Positions 1-12,200 of a DNA stretch of 64,000 bases are shown one piece after another (position 1 is the stretch's first letter; each line of letters starts with the position of its first letter). Where the stretch lies: assembly GCA_001643675.2 (NCBI GenBank), contig LSRY02000066.1:62001-126000 (forward strand). The letters run 5' to 3'. A program made the translations under genes and the position numbers. Under the pieces are notes generated by a model. The model searched no databases. It saw only the letters and a list, made by a program, of their open reading frames with translations, and was not told the origin of the DNA. The DNA comes from Monocercomonoides exilis PA203 (lineage: Eukaryota > Protista > Preaxostyla).

Positions 1-870
1 TTCTCAACTCCGCCCTGCTCTGGGTCAGCCCGCTCTTCAGCGCACTCATCAGATCCAACCGAGCCCTCGTTTGCCTCTCTTCGACTGCTGCATACACAGG
101 CACTTTCCGCAGCTTCCACACAAATTGCGCGTTTTCCTCGCTTTTGATTCGCACATAGCGGCAAGGCACATCCAGTTCATCGCTCAAATCTTCAAAGTCA
201 GAATTAGCTAAATCATTCAGCATGAGGTCCAATTTCCGCTCTCTTGTCAAAATTGGAGTTTGGTTTTCTTTCGCCTCTTGCTGCGCCTCGCTGGCCATTT
301 TGTTCTCTTTCTGGTTGGTCGGTGTGCCTGTCTCAAGCTGTGGTTGTAGTATTCCTTGGATGCTGTTAAACAGATTCTTGTCTTTTTCTTCTTTCTCCAT
401 TTTCCTGCTCTCCCGCTCTTCTTTCTTCTTTTGTATTTCCTGCAGCTTCATCAGCAGAAGTAGTTTTTATTTCTGATCATCAGATTCCAATGAATAAAAC
501 GTGATTTTCGTCTCTTCATCATCCACTTTCCCTTTCTCATCCTGAAACTCATCTTGTATCGCTCTTGTCACTTCTTTGTTCAAATCTTTCATCCCCATCA
601 CACCCAATGTCACCCCTCCTCCTCCTCCAACAGCAGGTGACAGCTGAGTCGTAGGTGTGCCAACAGATCATCTACCCATCTCCATCTCTTGGCTGTATTC
701 AATCAACACCCTCCCTCTGACTCCTCTCCATCCACCGTCCATTCACTTCACTCGCGTAAAGCGTATCGTTCCAAAGGCATCTCTTGCTGAAGTATATTGT
801 TTAGGCTGTGGAGAGAGTGAAGGTGAAGATGGGGGAGAGGGAGTTGTTATTGCTGCTTTTGCGATGAAAA
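1..870 (-). pseudogene. Decayed coding fragment, product unknown; runs off the left edge
   Basis: One minus-strand frame reads as protein (AAITTPSPPSSPSLSPQPKQYTSARDAFGTIRFTRVK*MDGGWRGVRGRVLIEYSQEMEMGR*SV...DQK*KLLLLMKLQEIQKKKEERE) with three in-frame stops. Confidence 0.55.
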
Positions 871-900
871 AGGCTTTATTTTTGGCTCATTATTATTCGT

Positions 901-1770
901 TTAGCCTTTTTTGTTGTTTTGAACAGACTCTTTTGCGTTTGCATTCTTGTCTGATTCTGTTTGATAGTCTTTCTTTTGAAGCATTTCAACACTTTCTTGA
1001 ACTTCGTTGTTTTCGTTTTCTTTCTTTTTCATCGAAGCACTTTGTTTTGTTTCAGTGTCATTCGCATCATCATCATATGCTCCTTCCTTTTCATTCACAT
1101 CGCTTTCTGAGCTGTCAGTTGATTCGTCATCTGATAGAATTCCCCCAACATTCACCACATTCCCATAGCTCATCAGCTTCAGAATATTCTTATCATCTGC
1201 ATTGTCCTCTTCAGACAGCCAGCCGTCCCCTGAGCTTATGTTCCGTCAGTCTTCATCATCGAATTCTTCTCAACTTCTTCGGAACACTGTCAGAATCTTT
1301 CTTAGCTTCTTTCACTCCCTGCCCATCTTCATCTCTCTTGTTTTGCCTGTAGAGCTTATCCAACACTTTATAAAGTTCTTTTCTTCACTTTTCAATCTTT
1401 CACACAATGATTTTGTTCTGTGACATTTCATATTTCAGATACACTTCCTAATAAAAAATGAATATTGATAATTTGATAATAATTTCATATCACACATTAA
1501 TAGAAATACAATGACTGGATTTTATAAATTTTTCAAATTAATAATAAAAACAAACTTTGTCAAAAATGAACAAGAATTAATATAGTCACATTGAATGGTC
1601 TTTCTGTTTGCACCAGCAAAAATAGTCGATGTGTCAAATAGAAAGACTGGTTTCTGAACAAATAAATCAAAATTCTTGTATTTGTGAAAAATAACAACGA
1701 TTTGTTCCAAACCTTTTTGCACTTTTGTCAGTACAAGTCAAACGTTCTCACATATTAAATATATAGAATG
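901..1770 (-). pseudogene. Relic of a repeated intron-containing gene overlapping repeat R copy 1
   Basis: Frame ENV*LVLTKVQKGLEQ...CSFLTKF, a putative intron, then EVYLKYEMSQNKIIV*KIEK*RKELYKVLDKLY...RRIR**RLTEHKL, continuing in frame into ORF 901-1173. Homologous relics at 5460-5690 and 14460-14910 differ partly at synonymous positions. Confidence 0.55.
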
Positions 1771-2140
1771 ACTGTAAAATAATAAGAAAAATCTTCGAAG
1801 ACGGTGCATGGGAAACAATTCATTTCGCACAACACTTCATCCCAAATAAAAAATATGTTAAAAAACAAATTATTACCAACTTTTTCCACTAACAGATTTT
1901 CAAAAAAAGCATCAGACATGTTTATTATCGTTATTTATTCACATTGAGCAAAATAGATCATGGTATTCTTAATGGCGCCATTAATAATAATTTGTATTTT
2001 TTATGATCAAAAATTTCAAAAATTTTTCAAAATTTTTTATTTTTGTTTCATTTAATTTGTGAATATTATTGCTTTGTTAATGCAAACATGTCATCAGAAA
2101 TTAGTTTTGATTTTTTTAATGTTTGATTAAAGGTGAAAAA
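1310..2140 (-). repeat. Repeat R, copy 1 (inverted relative to copies 2 and 3)
   Basis: Reverse complement of 1584-2126 reads identical to 14096-14638, with diverged similarity continuing to about 1310/14910. Contains the palindrome TTAATGGCGCCATTAA. Confidence 0.95.
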
Positions 2141-2243
2141 AATTAATTTTATTCAAAGAAATATTTTATTGGTATTTTTTTTATTAAAAATGTTAATTAA
2201 AAATGAAAAAAAAATTACAAAAAAAAAAAAAAAAAATTAATAT

Positions 2244-4715
2244 TTATTCAATAAGTTGATAAAATGTTAATCCTGACTTCCATCCTTCCAGTGATAAATT
2301 TTTCCAATACTGATTCCATTTATCAAATGCTAGCAGTGAAACAACCTCATCGTCGCATTCAAAGAAAATGCTTTTCTCTTCAATCAAATGCTTTTTATCC
2401 TTCACAACTGCAATGAAATGTCCATCTTTGAATTTTGATGTTGAATGAATCACAGTTCCACAAAGCTGATATTTTGCTGCAATCATATTATTGTCAGAGA
2501 AGAATTTCAGGGAAGTTTTTGCTTTCAAGGGATCAAAAAAGCAGATATCAAAAGGGCCATTTCCTTTTTCAGCAACAAACAGTTGAGTTGGAGGGGGATT
2601 GACTGATGAAGGTGTCAGATTGTTATGAAACACACACAAAACACAGGGAAAAGCATCAAGCCTGATCCATTTCAATTCAATTCTTCCAGTTGAACATTTT
2701 CCACACACCTGTTTCATTTGATCCTCCTCCTCTTTCACGACAGAAAAATAAGAATTTAAACCTTCAACAATATCAGCGTTTGATATTGGCACCTCCAACG
2801 TGATTCCCCTTGGCTTTGAAGTCAATTGATTACAAGACTGACATTTCATAAACTTGTGACTATGAAGTTGAAACTTTTTAATAACACCATCATCCTCCTC
2901 CGACAATAACTCCAGAAATTTTTCATATGTTGAAAGAGAACCTTTGGGTTCCATCAATGGTCCAAAATTATTCTCATACATCTGAATCATTCTCTTCGTT
3001 CCCCAAAAGAATTTCTGAAAATCACACCCACTCAAACATTGCAGAACCATTTGAAGCGATTGTCGATCTGTTAAGTTTCTTTTGCTCGTAAAGCTCCTTC
3101 CCAAATCCAGAGATGCAAAACATTGACATAATGAACTGAATGAACAAGTCTTTCCCAGATTCCTCAATCCTCTTTTCGAAATTTTGTATTTGTAAACACA
3201 AGATCTTGAACCCACATCACCATCCATCACATGCATTGATAAACAGTCGATAAATCTCTCAATTGGTGCAAACATCAGATAAACTGTGTCAGTTCTTGAA
3301 GGGTTTTTTGAATTGGATTCCATATCGTCATCTTCATTTGAAGATATTTTCTTTTTGCTGTGAAAGAGTGTTGCAAACTCTGACTCAAAGGGTGATAAAG
3401 TTGACAAAGTTAAAGAGGGAGAGGAAGGGGAAGAAGAAGAAGAAGAGGAGGAGGAGGAGGAAGAGGAAGAGGAAGAGGAAGAAGAAGAAGAAGAAGGAGA
3501 AGAAGAAGGAGAAGAAGGAGAGGAGTGAGATGGAGGAAAAGGAGAAGGGGAGGATGAAGAAAAGGAGAGGAAGAGGAAGAGGAGGATGAGAGAGAGGAAG
3601 GAGAGGAGTGAGATGGAGGAGAAGGAGAAGGAGAAGGAGAAGGAGAAGGAGAAGGAGAAGAAGATAAAGAGGAAGATGAAGAGGGGGAAGCAGGAAAGGA
3701 AGCAGATGAGAATGCGGATGAAATAGTTGAAGGATGAATATTCGAAAGAGTTAGTGGGAAAGAAGAAGATGGAAATGATGGAGAGGAAGAAGATTTAAAT
3801 GAAGATGGAGAAGCCATATTCAAAGGATGGAAAGAGGATAAATTTGAAGCAGAAGGGAAGGATGAGGAAGAAAATGAAGTCGATGGGAATGAGGAGGAGG
3901 AAGGAGATGAGAATGATGGGAAAGGTGAAGAAGATGATGGAATTGATTTTTCTGATGGAGGAAAAGCAGAAAACATAAAAGGAGATGGAAAGGAGAGAGG
4001 GTTGATTGAGGAAGATGAGGATGATGATAATGTTGAAGTTGATGGTGATAATGAAGATGATTTCGGAGTGTAATTGAGTGAAATGCAATCTTCTGAATCT
4101 TCCATATCCATTTCTATTGTTTCAATTTTTTCATTTTCGGCTCCAAGATATCCAAAATATGATTTTGAAGAATCACGTTGAGAAGAACGTTGTTTCCTTT
4201 TCATTGACGGTGTTCTGTCTGTTGAAATTTCTTTCTTTTGATCGAAAAAGGATGCTCGAAAAGGCGCTGGTTTAATTACAAACCCAAACTCTTGGCTTAG
4301 TGTCTGCTGAGAGAATTCTTTTGTCAGAATCAATAGCATTTCACTTTGTAATTCATAGGAGAGGCTATTGAAAACATGACTCAGCTCTTTTATGGTTCGT
4401 TTCAGTGGATCTTCATATTGCAAAATAAAATAATAATAATAATAATTATTTATAAATAAAAAAAGAATATTTAAAAAAACATTGAATAAAGAAAAATTAC
4501 ATAAATAAAACATTGTTTAAGAAAGACACGCCATTAAATGATTTTAATAAACTTTCGAAAAGTTGCCTTCCTACTTGTGTTTGTTGGAAAAACATAAATG
4601 AAACCATTTCTGCGTGAGAGAGTGACATTTTTTGAAAAAAATTTGTGAGTTGGACCATATCCTTCTGCAGGCTTCTAAATTCCAATCCATTATGAACCCT
4701 TTTAGCTGACAACAT
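2244..4715 (-). CDS. Transposase-derived N-terminal domain, Ser-rich linker and ubiquitin-specific protease (peptidase C19) domain; no transposase core; one apparent frameshift near 3562
   Basis: Exon 1 4715-4532, intron 4531-4411 (GC-AG), exon 2 4410-2244. Cys box GLRNLGKTCSFSSLCQCF, Zn-ribbon pairs KCQSC and CGKC, YQLCGTVIH, His box GHFIAVVK, FFECDD, LTFYQ. The N-terminus aligns with the 9239 gene. Confidence 0.8.
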
Positions 4716-5139
4716 TGTCGATAAACCGATCCAGTCAATGAAATTGCAATATATGGGAATTTTTTTATGAGAAATGGAACTCATAAAACAATAAAAAAAA
4801 ATAATAAAAATCAAATTCAACTAAATATGTTAAATTTCTGACCAATAAAAAATTGAACATAAAAAAATAAACAATGTTTATCTATTTTTGAACAAATATA
4901 AAATAAGATACGATAAAAAAAATATTCAAAGTTTAATGAAAATTTCTAAATTTTTTTCATTGAGGAAAAAATAATTAACAACTCATATTGCTTTCTCATT
5001 ATTTGATAATTAAAAAATAAATTTCAAATACTAAAAAAAAATATTTAAATTTCTAATAAATATTATTTTTATTAATTTTGATATCACATTAAAAAAAAGT
5101 TTTAATAATTAATTAACAACATTCATATGACTTTTTTTA

Positions 5140-5712
5140 CATTAATAAAGCAATAATATTCACAAATTAAATGAAACAAAAATAAAAAATTTTGAAAAAT
5201 TTTTGAAATTTTTGATCATAAAAAATACAAATTATTATTAATGGCGCCATTAAGAATACCATGATCTATTTTGCTCAATGTGAATAAATAACGATAATAA
5301 ACATGTCTGATGCTTTTTTTGAAAATCTGTTAGTGGAAAAAGTTGGTAATAATTTGTTTTTTAACATATTTTTTATTTGGGATGAAGTGTTGTGCGAAAT
5401 GAATTGTTTCCCATGCACCGTCTTCGAAGATTTTTCTTATTATTTTACAGTCATTCTATATATTTAATATGTGAGAACGTCTGACTTGTAATGACAAAGC
5501 TGTATAAAAGGTTTGTAACAAATCGTTGTTATTTTTCATTAATATAAGAATTTTGACCTATTTATTTAGAAACTGGTAATTTTGTTTGGCACATAGACAA
5601 TTTTTGCTGATACAAACAGAAAGACCATTCAATGTGACTATATTAATTCTTGTTCATTTTTGACAAAGTTTGTTTTTATTATCAATATACAAAATACTCA
5701 AAAATCAATTAT
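5140..5712 (+). repeat. Repeat R, copy 2
   Basis: 5147-5480 is identical to 14147-14480 (offset exactly 9000). 5481-5611 is diverged, and about 5613-5681 matches copy 1 instead. Confidence 0.95.
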
Positions 5713-5949
5713 TGTCTTTTTTTGAGTGACTGAAGTGATGACAAGAAGATGAATGAAGCTATAAAACATAATATAAATAAATGCATCATTTCGAGAAAAA
5801 TTAGAAAGGCTTATTGAAATGTTTCGTGTTGTTTGCCTTTTCATTAACGATTATATATTTTTTTTTCCAACTTTTGAGTTTATTCAAATAAAGATGTTCA
5901 TTCCTGTTTTTTTTCAATTAAATAATGTTCAACCTCAATTCCATCATTC

Positions 5950-8000
5950 ATTCAGAACCAACTGATGAGAGTTCTCGACAACAATGTGTATTTCTCTCTT
6001 GTCTCTTCAGCATCCTCCTCCTCTTCTTCTTCCCCTTCTTCTTTATTGACTGATCTGTCAATTTGACCGCTTAACGGAGCCATTTTTGCAAGAACACACG
6101 AAAAAATCAAATACTTTTTTCGCCCAGTTCTTCGCATGTTGAACACATGTAGTTCTGTATTTGTGGTTGAAACAGACAATCAAAAAACAAGTGGATGCTT
6201 GGAGAAATTTACTGATGCTGGAGACATCAACAGACCATCGCAGTCAGTTCGCATTGCTCCCGCCTGTTTCTTTAATTTTCGGATAAAGAAGAAGAGCAAG
6301 ATACCAGCGAAATGTGAAAAATTGCATCAACAACAGCACAACTGCATTGCATGTGGTGGCTGGCCTGTGGATCCTTCCTTCTGCAACTGTTGTGGATGTG
6401 CACCGCCACAACACGGAGAAGGCGATTCTATGGAAAGAACTAGCTTTGATCCAGTTGAACCACGCGTTTGCCCACGAGCTCGCTCCAGCCGACGAGACAT
6501 TCAACCGCTACGATGGGCTGCTCTACACAGAGGCTGGCATGCGCTTACTGCCGGATCTGTTGCATTTTCCTTTCAATTTAGGTACCAATCCGCTGCTATA
6601 TAAAGACACAGAGGTGTTTGTGTGTGTGTGCAAAGCAACATGAAAATATCCTATTGATTGGCAAACACACAATTTTACAAATTTTAATGTGAGAGTGGAG
6701 TATTGAGTGGAGGAAGGAAATATGAGGAAGGGGATGATGCATCAGATGGGAGGGATGGGTCTGGGTGGAAATGGATGTGGAGGAGCAAGTGGAGGAGAAG
6801 GAGGAGGATAAAATGATAACAATGGAGGAGATGGAAGTTGTGGAAATCAAGGAGAAAACAAATGAGAATGAATATGTCCCATTTCAATAGATCCACGCGA
6901 GGGACATCTTGAAGCCGGAGAAGAACGTGTGAATAGATTTTCATGTGACAGCCACAGCAAGTGTATTCATCAAGCTTCGTTCATCTGAAAGCATCTGGGA
7001 GGAGGGAAGCACGCGGTGAAGAAGATTGCATGCCAGATGCTAATTCAAATCAAAGCACGTGTTGGGTTTGAGAGCGAGCGAGAAGAAGAAGAAACGGAAA
7101 TGCATTTACTGGAATAAATAACCCATCGGCGAGGTGGATGCACCAATGCAGTCGATCGTGATGCGGAACAAAGGTGGGACGAGCATCGACAACAGACTCG
7201 ATCTGACTGATGAAGAGCGGCTGAGTTTTTCCACATCTGAATATTCACTGTTTGAATAACTTTTCACAACAGGGATTGTGCAAGCGCATGAAATGTGGAA
7301 AACAAATTGTTTCTTCCGTCCGCTGATGCAAAGAGGTTATTTGGAAAGGATTCCGATCAATCTGGGAAGCAGGTACAGCTCGATGAGTGTGATGAACGCG
7401 AATGTTGGAATAGGAGGAGCAGTTTGAGGAGATGGGAATGTGAATGGAACGAATCATTCACCATCATCGAACAATGGAATAGTGATGGGAATTGGTGGAG
7501 CACAAGGAGGAGCACAAGGAGCAGCCGGAGGAGGAAGTGATGGAACAGAAGGCATCACACACGCGGAAACAGTTCTGCAAGCGCTGCTGGCGGGCGACGG
7601 TTTCATCGCGAAGGAAGGAGCAGAGCCACTTGTGGATGAGAAAAAGACAACTATTCCAGCTCCTCTTTCTCCTTTGCCTAGCAAGCTGTGCTTATTGTCA
7701 CATGAGCAAATTGGCTTTGGGAGTGTGGCAGATGGGAGCATCGAGCGGAGGCTGGTGTGTCTGGTGTGTCTGCGTGCGAGGAGCATCCTGCATTGCAGAA
7801 GAGGGCATGTGAGAAAGGAGAGAAGAGAGAAATTATATTAGATACAGAAGAGAGTCGTCCACTGATCAAGTCGGATGCTTCGATAATTTGGCCGATTGGA
7901 GGAAAGAGGACAAAAGGAGAGAAATGCGTATGTGTGTTGTGCAGTCGCATGTTCTTAAAGGCTGTTCAAGTTGAAGAAATTTCATTTCAATGAATTATCA
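5950..8000. other. Patchwork of short, GC-richer exon-like fragments in both orientations
   Basis: Protein-like segments end at GT donor-like sites, e.g. 6314-6612 (...LHFPFNLGTNPLLYKDTE|gtgttt) and 7440-7763 (...SKLCLLSHEQIGFGSVADGSIERRLVCL|gtgtgt). No complete gene can be built. Confidence 0.45.
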
Positions 8001-8675
8001 TTATCGTTATCTTCACATTTTCGATCTCAAATTGTTATTATCTTTTTCAAATGTGAATGAAGTCGGTGGTGAAATTACAAAAAAAGCGAAGCAGAAATGG
8101 ATGATTATTGGCATTAGGAGAAAAAAGTGATCAAAAAGAGGATATATGTGTTTTGATTGTGATCGATGAATAATTATGTGAAAAAGAAAATAAAAGAAGA
8201 TTTGTGAAATGAAACAAAGAAAAAATTAAAATTGTTTATTTATAGTTATTGTTTCATCTCGGATATTTCAAAAAGAAAATAAATAAATAATTGTTGATGT
8301 TCAAACAATAATCAAACTTATTATTTTTATTTGTTCATCAGTTAAACAAATAATCTCTATTCAACACATCTGTGCAGTATTTAAAAATTTATATATCTCT
8401 CTTTTTTTTATTATTATTTGCTCATTTCAGAATTTTTTATTTAGAAATAATTTTTTTTATTTCTATTTGTTATCAAAACTAATTTATTTTAATGGTTCGT
8501 TTCATTTTTTTGATTTATTTTGCATGAAAAAAAATATTTAATAATGAAAACGAACTTTAACAAAAAAATGAGTTAATCAATTCGAATTGAAGAAAAATAT
8601 ATATATATATTCGAAGGTTTATTAATTTTTTATTTCATTTTTTTTTAAAAAATTAAAAAAATTCCAATTCACATA

Positions 8676-9108
8676 GTTCAAAAACATCTGCATCATTTTA
8701 TTTTTCCAAATAAAAATAATCACAAAAATGACGACAAGCTCAAATGAGAAGTGTGATCAGTCACTAACAGATATTTGAAAAAATGAGTATGATTAATCAT
8801 TTCGATGCAGATGATCAGTATTTGACAAAAACAAGAAGGAAAAATTTTGCAAGAGGGAATGTTATTGGAAAAAAAAGAAACACAATGATAGATCAAAATT
8901 TCGATCATTCTTTTTCAAATAACACTCCCTCTTGCAAAATTTTTCCTTCTTGTTTTTGTCAAATACTGATCATCTGCATCGAAATGATTAATCATACTCA
9001 TTTTTTCAAATATCTGTTAGTGACTGATCAAACTTCTCATTTGAGCTTGTCGTCATTTTTGTGATTATTTTTATTTGGAAAAATAAAATGATGCAGATGT
9101 TTTTGAAC
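8676..9108. repeat. 433-bp near-perfect palindrome (foldback) upstream of the transposase gene
   Basis: GTTCAAAAACATCTGCATC... pairs with ...GATGCAGATGTTTTTGAAC. Arms are about 200 bp with very few mismatches, the loop is about 30 bp, and there is no clear TSD. Confidence 0.95.
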
Positions 9109-9238
9109 AATATAAAATTATTAGTCATTTTCGAAAAAATATTTATTTCTAAAAAAACAAAAAATAAAGAAAAATCCCGAGTTGTCAATTTTTTATTAAT
9201 TGATAATAATTCCATAATAAATTGTAATAATCACTAAA

Positions 9239-12200
9239 ATGTCATTTTCAAAACAGGAGTCAACTCTAAATTCACGATGCAACGTTCTATGGAAAGAAAT
9301 ACAACGCATCGGTGGAGATGACGTTGATTCATTGCTCGTCTATTTGTTTTACAACTACAGAAAATCATCTTCAGTAATTAATGATTTACTGAAGTCCTTG
9401 AATGGTTTGGACTTCAAAATTTTTTGATTGTTAATAACTTTAATTTATCTATTATTATATTCATTTATTATTAATATTTATTTTTTTGTTATTTAAAAAA
9501 CTTAGAATATTACGAAATACTTCTGAAAGATCTCTCTGTTGTGTACAAGTACGCACAATTACACACGCAAACGATGATCCTACAAGCACTGACGCGCAAC
9601 GCATCATTATCTGAGCTTCTGGACTATGGATTTGACATTACTGAAGGAAAGTATAATTATGCAAAACAAACTCTTACAAAAAACCAAGGATTTTTAATAC
9701 CAGCACAATTGCCTCACCCACCATCATGTAAAAGTGGTTTGTATTAAATATTATAATGATTTCTTTTTTTACTGTTTTTTTATTTTTTCAATTATTTTTT
9801 TTTTTTAAGGTCTTAATGAACAAGATTGGGAAAAGGGCAACAATTGGATGTTGGCCCATTCCACAGAAGCATCAACGTCATTGCAATCAGCCAAGAAAAA
9901 ACCAAAAAAGGTTCCAGATTACGAGCAGTTCATTGAGGAATCTGCATGGGATGATATCATAATTACAGAAAAAAATAATACAAACAAAAAACTATCTTCA
10001 TCATCGAAAAAGACAAATCAAAGTTACAACAACGCCAAGCTCATTCCATCTGTGAAACCTTCTTCTACAAATAATACACCTTCTCAAACAGTAAACAATC
10101 CAATCAGCACTCCACTTCGTGCTGAAAGAAAGACAATAAGAATTAAACAAAAAAATTCATTTCATCATCGTCATTCTTCTCCATCACTGATTCCTATTCA
10201 CAAACTTTACAAAGAAAAAACTTCATCATCATCTTCATCATCATCATCTTCTTCTTCTTCTTCATCTTCTTCTTCTTCATCATCATCCTCATCATTTTCA
10301 TCATCATCATCATCCTCATCCTCATCATCATCATCCTCATCATCATCATCCTCATCATCCTCATCATCATCATCCTCATCATCATCATCAATAAGAAAGA
10401 AAAAGAAAGAAATAGATAATACTCCTCCAACAGACAAAGTTTCATCATCCTTTAGCAACGAAAATATGTGGATTAGTGGTCAATTGATTGAATATGCCAC
10501 TTCTCCCACTCTTATTCCTCCACTGGCATTTCAAAATCTTCTCTCAACATTTCCAAAAAATAATGACATTTCAATTACTCCATCACAATCACCTCAATCA
10601 AATCAAAACGAATTAACAAACAATAATAGATCATTGAAAAACATTTCAAATAACAACACAATGAATCTTCATCCTTCTAATCCGTTAACATCTCCATTTC
10701 CTTCATCACATTCACAAAACTTAACAAACATAACAAACACTAGTTTTAAAGGATTAATCAATTTAGGCAACACATGTTATCTTGCCTCTCTTCTTCAGTG
10801 TTTTTCTTCAATCACTTCACAAAAACCATCAATCATTTCGAAAACACGCTCAAAACAAACATTATCATTTCAAATGATGAGTATTTGCAATCAAATCCTC
10901 AAAGATGGAAAAAAAGTACATTCATGGATCCCATCAATTGTTAGCAAATGGGAAAATTTTTGCAGATACGGAAGCAAGCAGCAGCAGAATGTGTCAGAGG
11001 CATTCGATAATCTTCATAGACTTTTCGAAAAAGATGGATTGATAAAGAAAGATTGCTTCTGTCCTATTATAATTTCTCATTTCAAATGTTTTAAATGTCA
11101 AAAACTCACATCACACATCGACAACATCAACAATAGCATAATTATCAATTCTTCATCAACTCACAATGGTTTGTCTTCTTTGTTTTCAACTGAAATACAA
11201 GATGGGAAAAATTGTGTTTATTGTGAAGAGTGCAAAGAAAAATGCTGCACTGCAAGGTGGGAAGAAATGATATCATTTCCTGAGGTACTTGCCCTCTCCC
11301 ATGAATGTACTGATCCTGCAAGTTCTCCACCTTCTCGAACACATCTTATCGAGACTGATATGTCGAACAAACGTTCATTTTGCAAAGGATATGCAAATGA
11401 AAAAGATTCAACATTTCACAACAACAATAAAGAAACAACATTCTATCATTTCATTGGTCAAGTTCTTCACAAACAGTTTGATAACAGTAATGGTCATTAC
11501 ATTGCTGTTGTGGAAAGAAAGAAAGGAATTAGAAAGATGTGGATCACCTGTAACGATGATGATATAAAACAATTTGATAGTGACAATTGGACTAAGACTT
11601 GGAAAGAACTTTACGCACAGGGTTACACTCCTTCACTTTCATTCTACGTAAAAGAAAACTCACTATCTACGCATCCAACAATTCAATTTGGTGGTTCCTC
11701 TATTTCTTCCTCCTCTTCTCAATCTTTAAATATCAACAACACAAACACAGACACAACTCCATCATCATCGTTTATCACACCACCACATCATTCTTCTTCC
11801 ATTCCACAACTTTCTTCATCAATAACAACTAACTATGGATTGGAAGCACTAAAAGAAAGAAGAAAGAAAACGGGCATCTTTTCTCCCAATGAAAAGAGAT
11901 TAATCTTCAAGCCCAAGACTAAATTATGGAAAGAGTTTTCCGAAGAAACAAATATTAAAGTATCATTATCACACTTCTACAAACTCACCACAAACTTTTC
12001 CAAAGCAAAAAGGCGCACAGATCTCTGTGGAATGTGCGAGAAACTCAACTATCTGGAAAACAAACTGAAGTCATCTCAAAACAAAAATGGACTTTCTTCT
12101 GCCGAGTTTCATACACTCAAACTTCTTCGTCAGCATCGACTTGTTGCAGAAATGCAACGAAAACATTATCAATCAACTGTTGACAATCTGAAAGAGGGAG

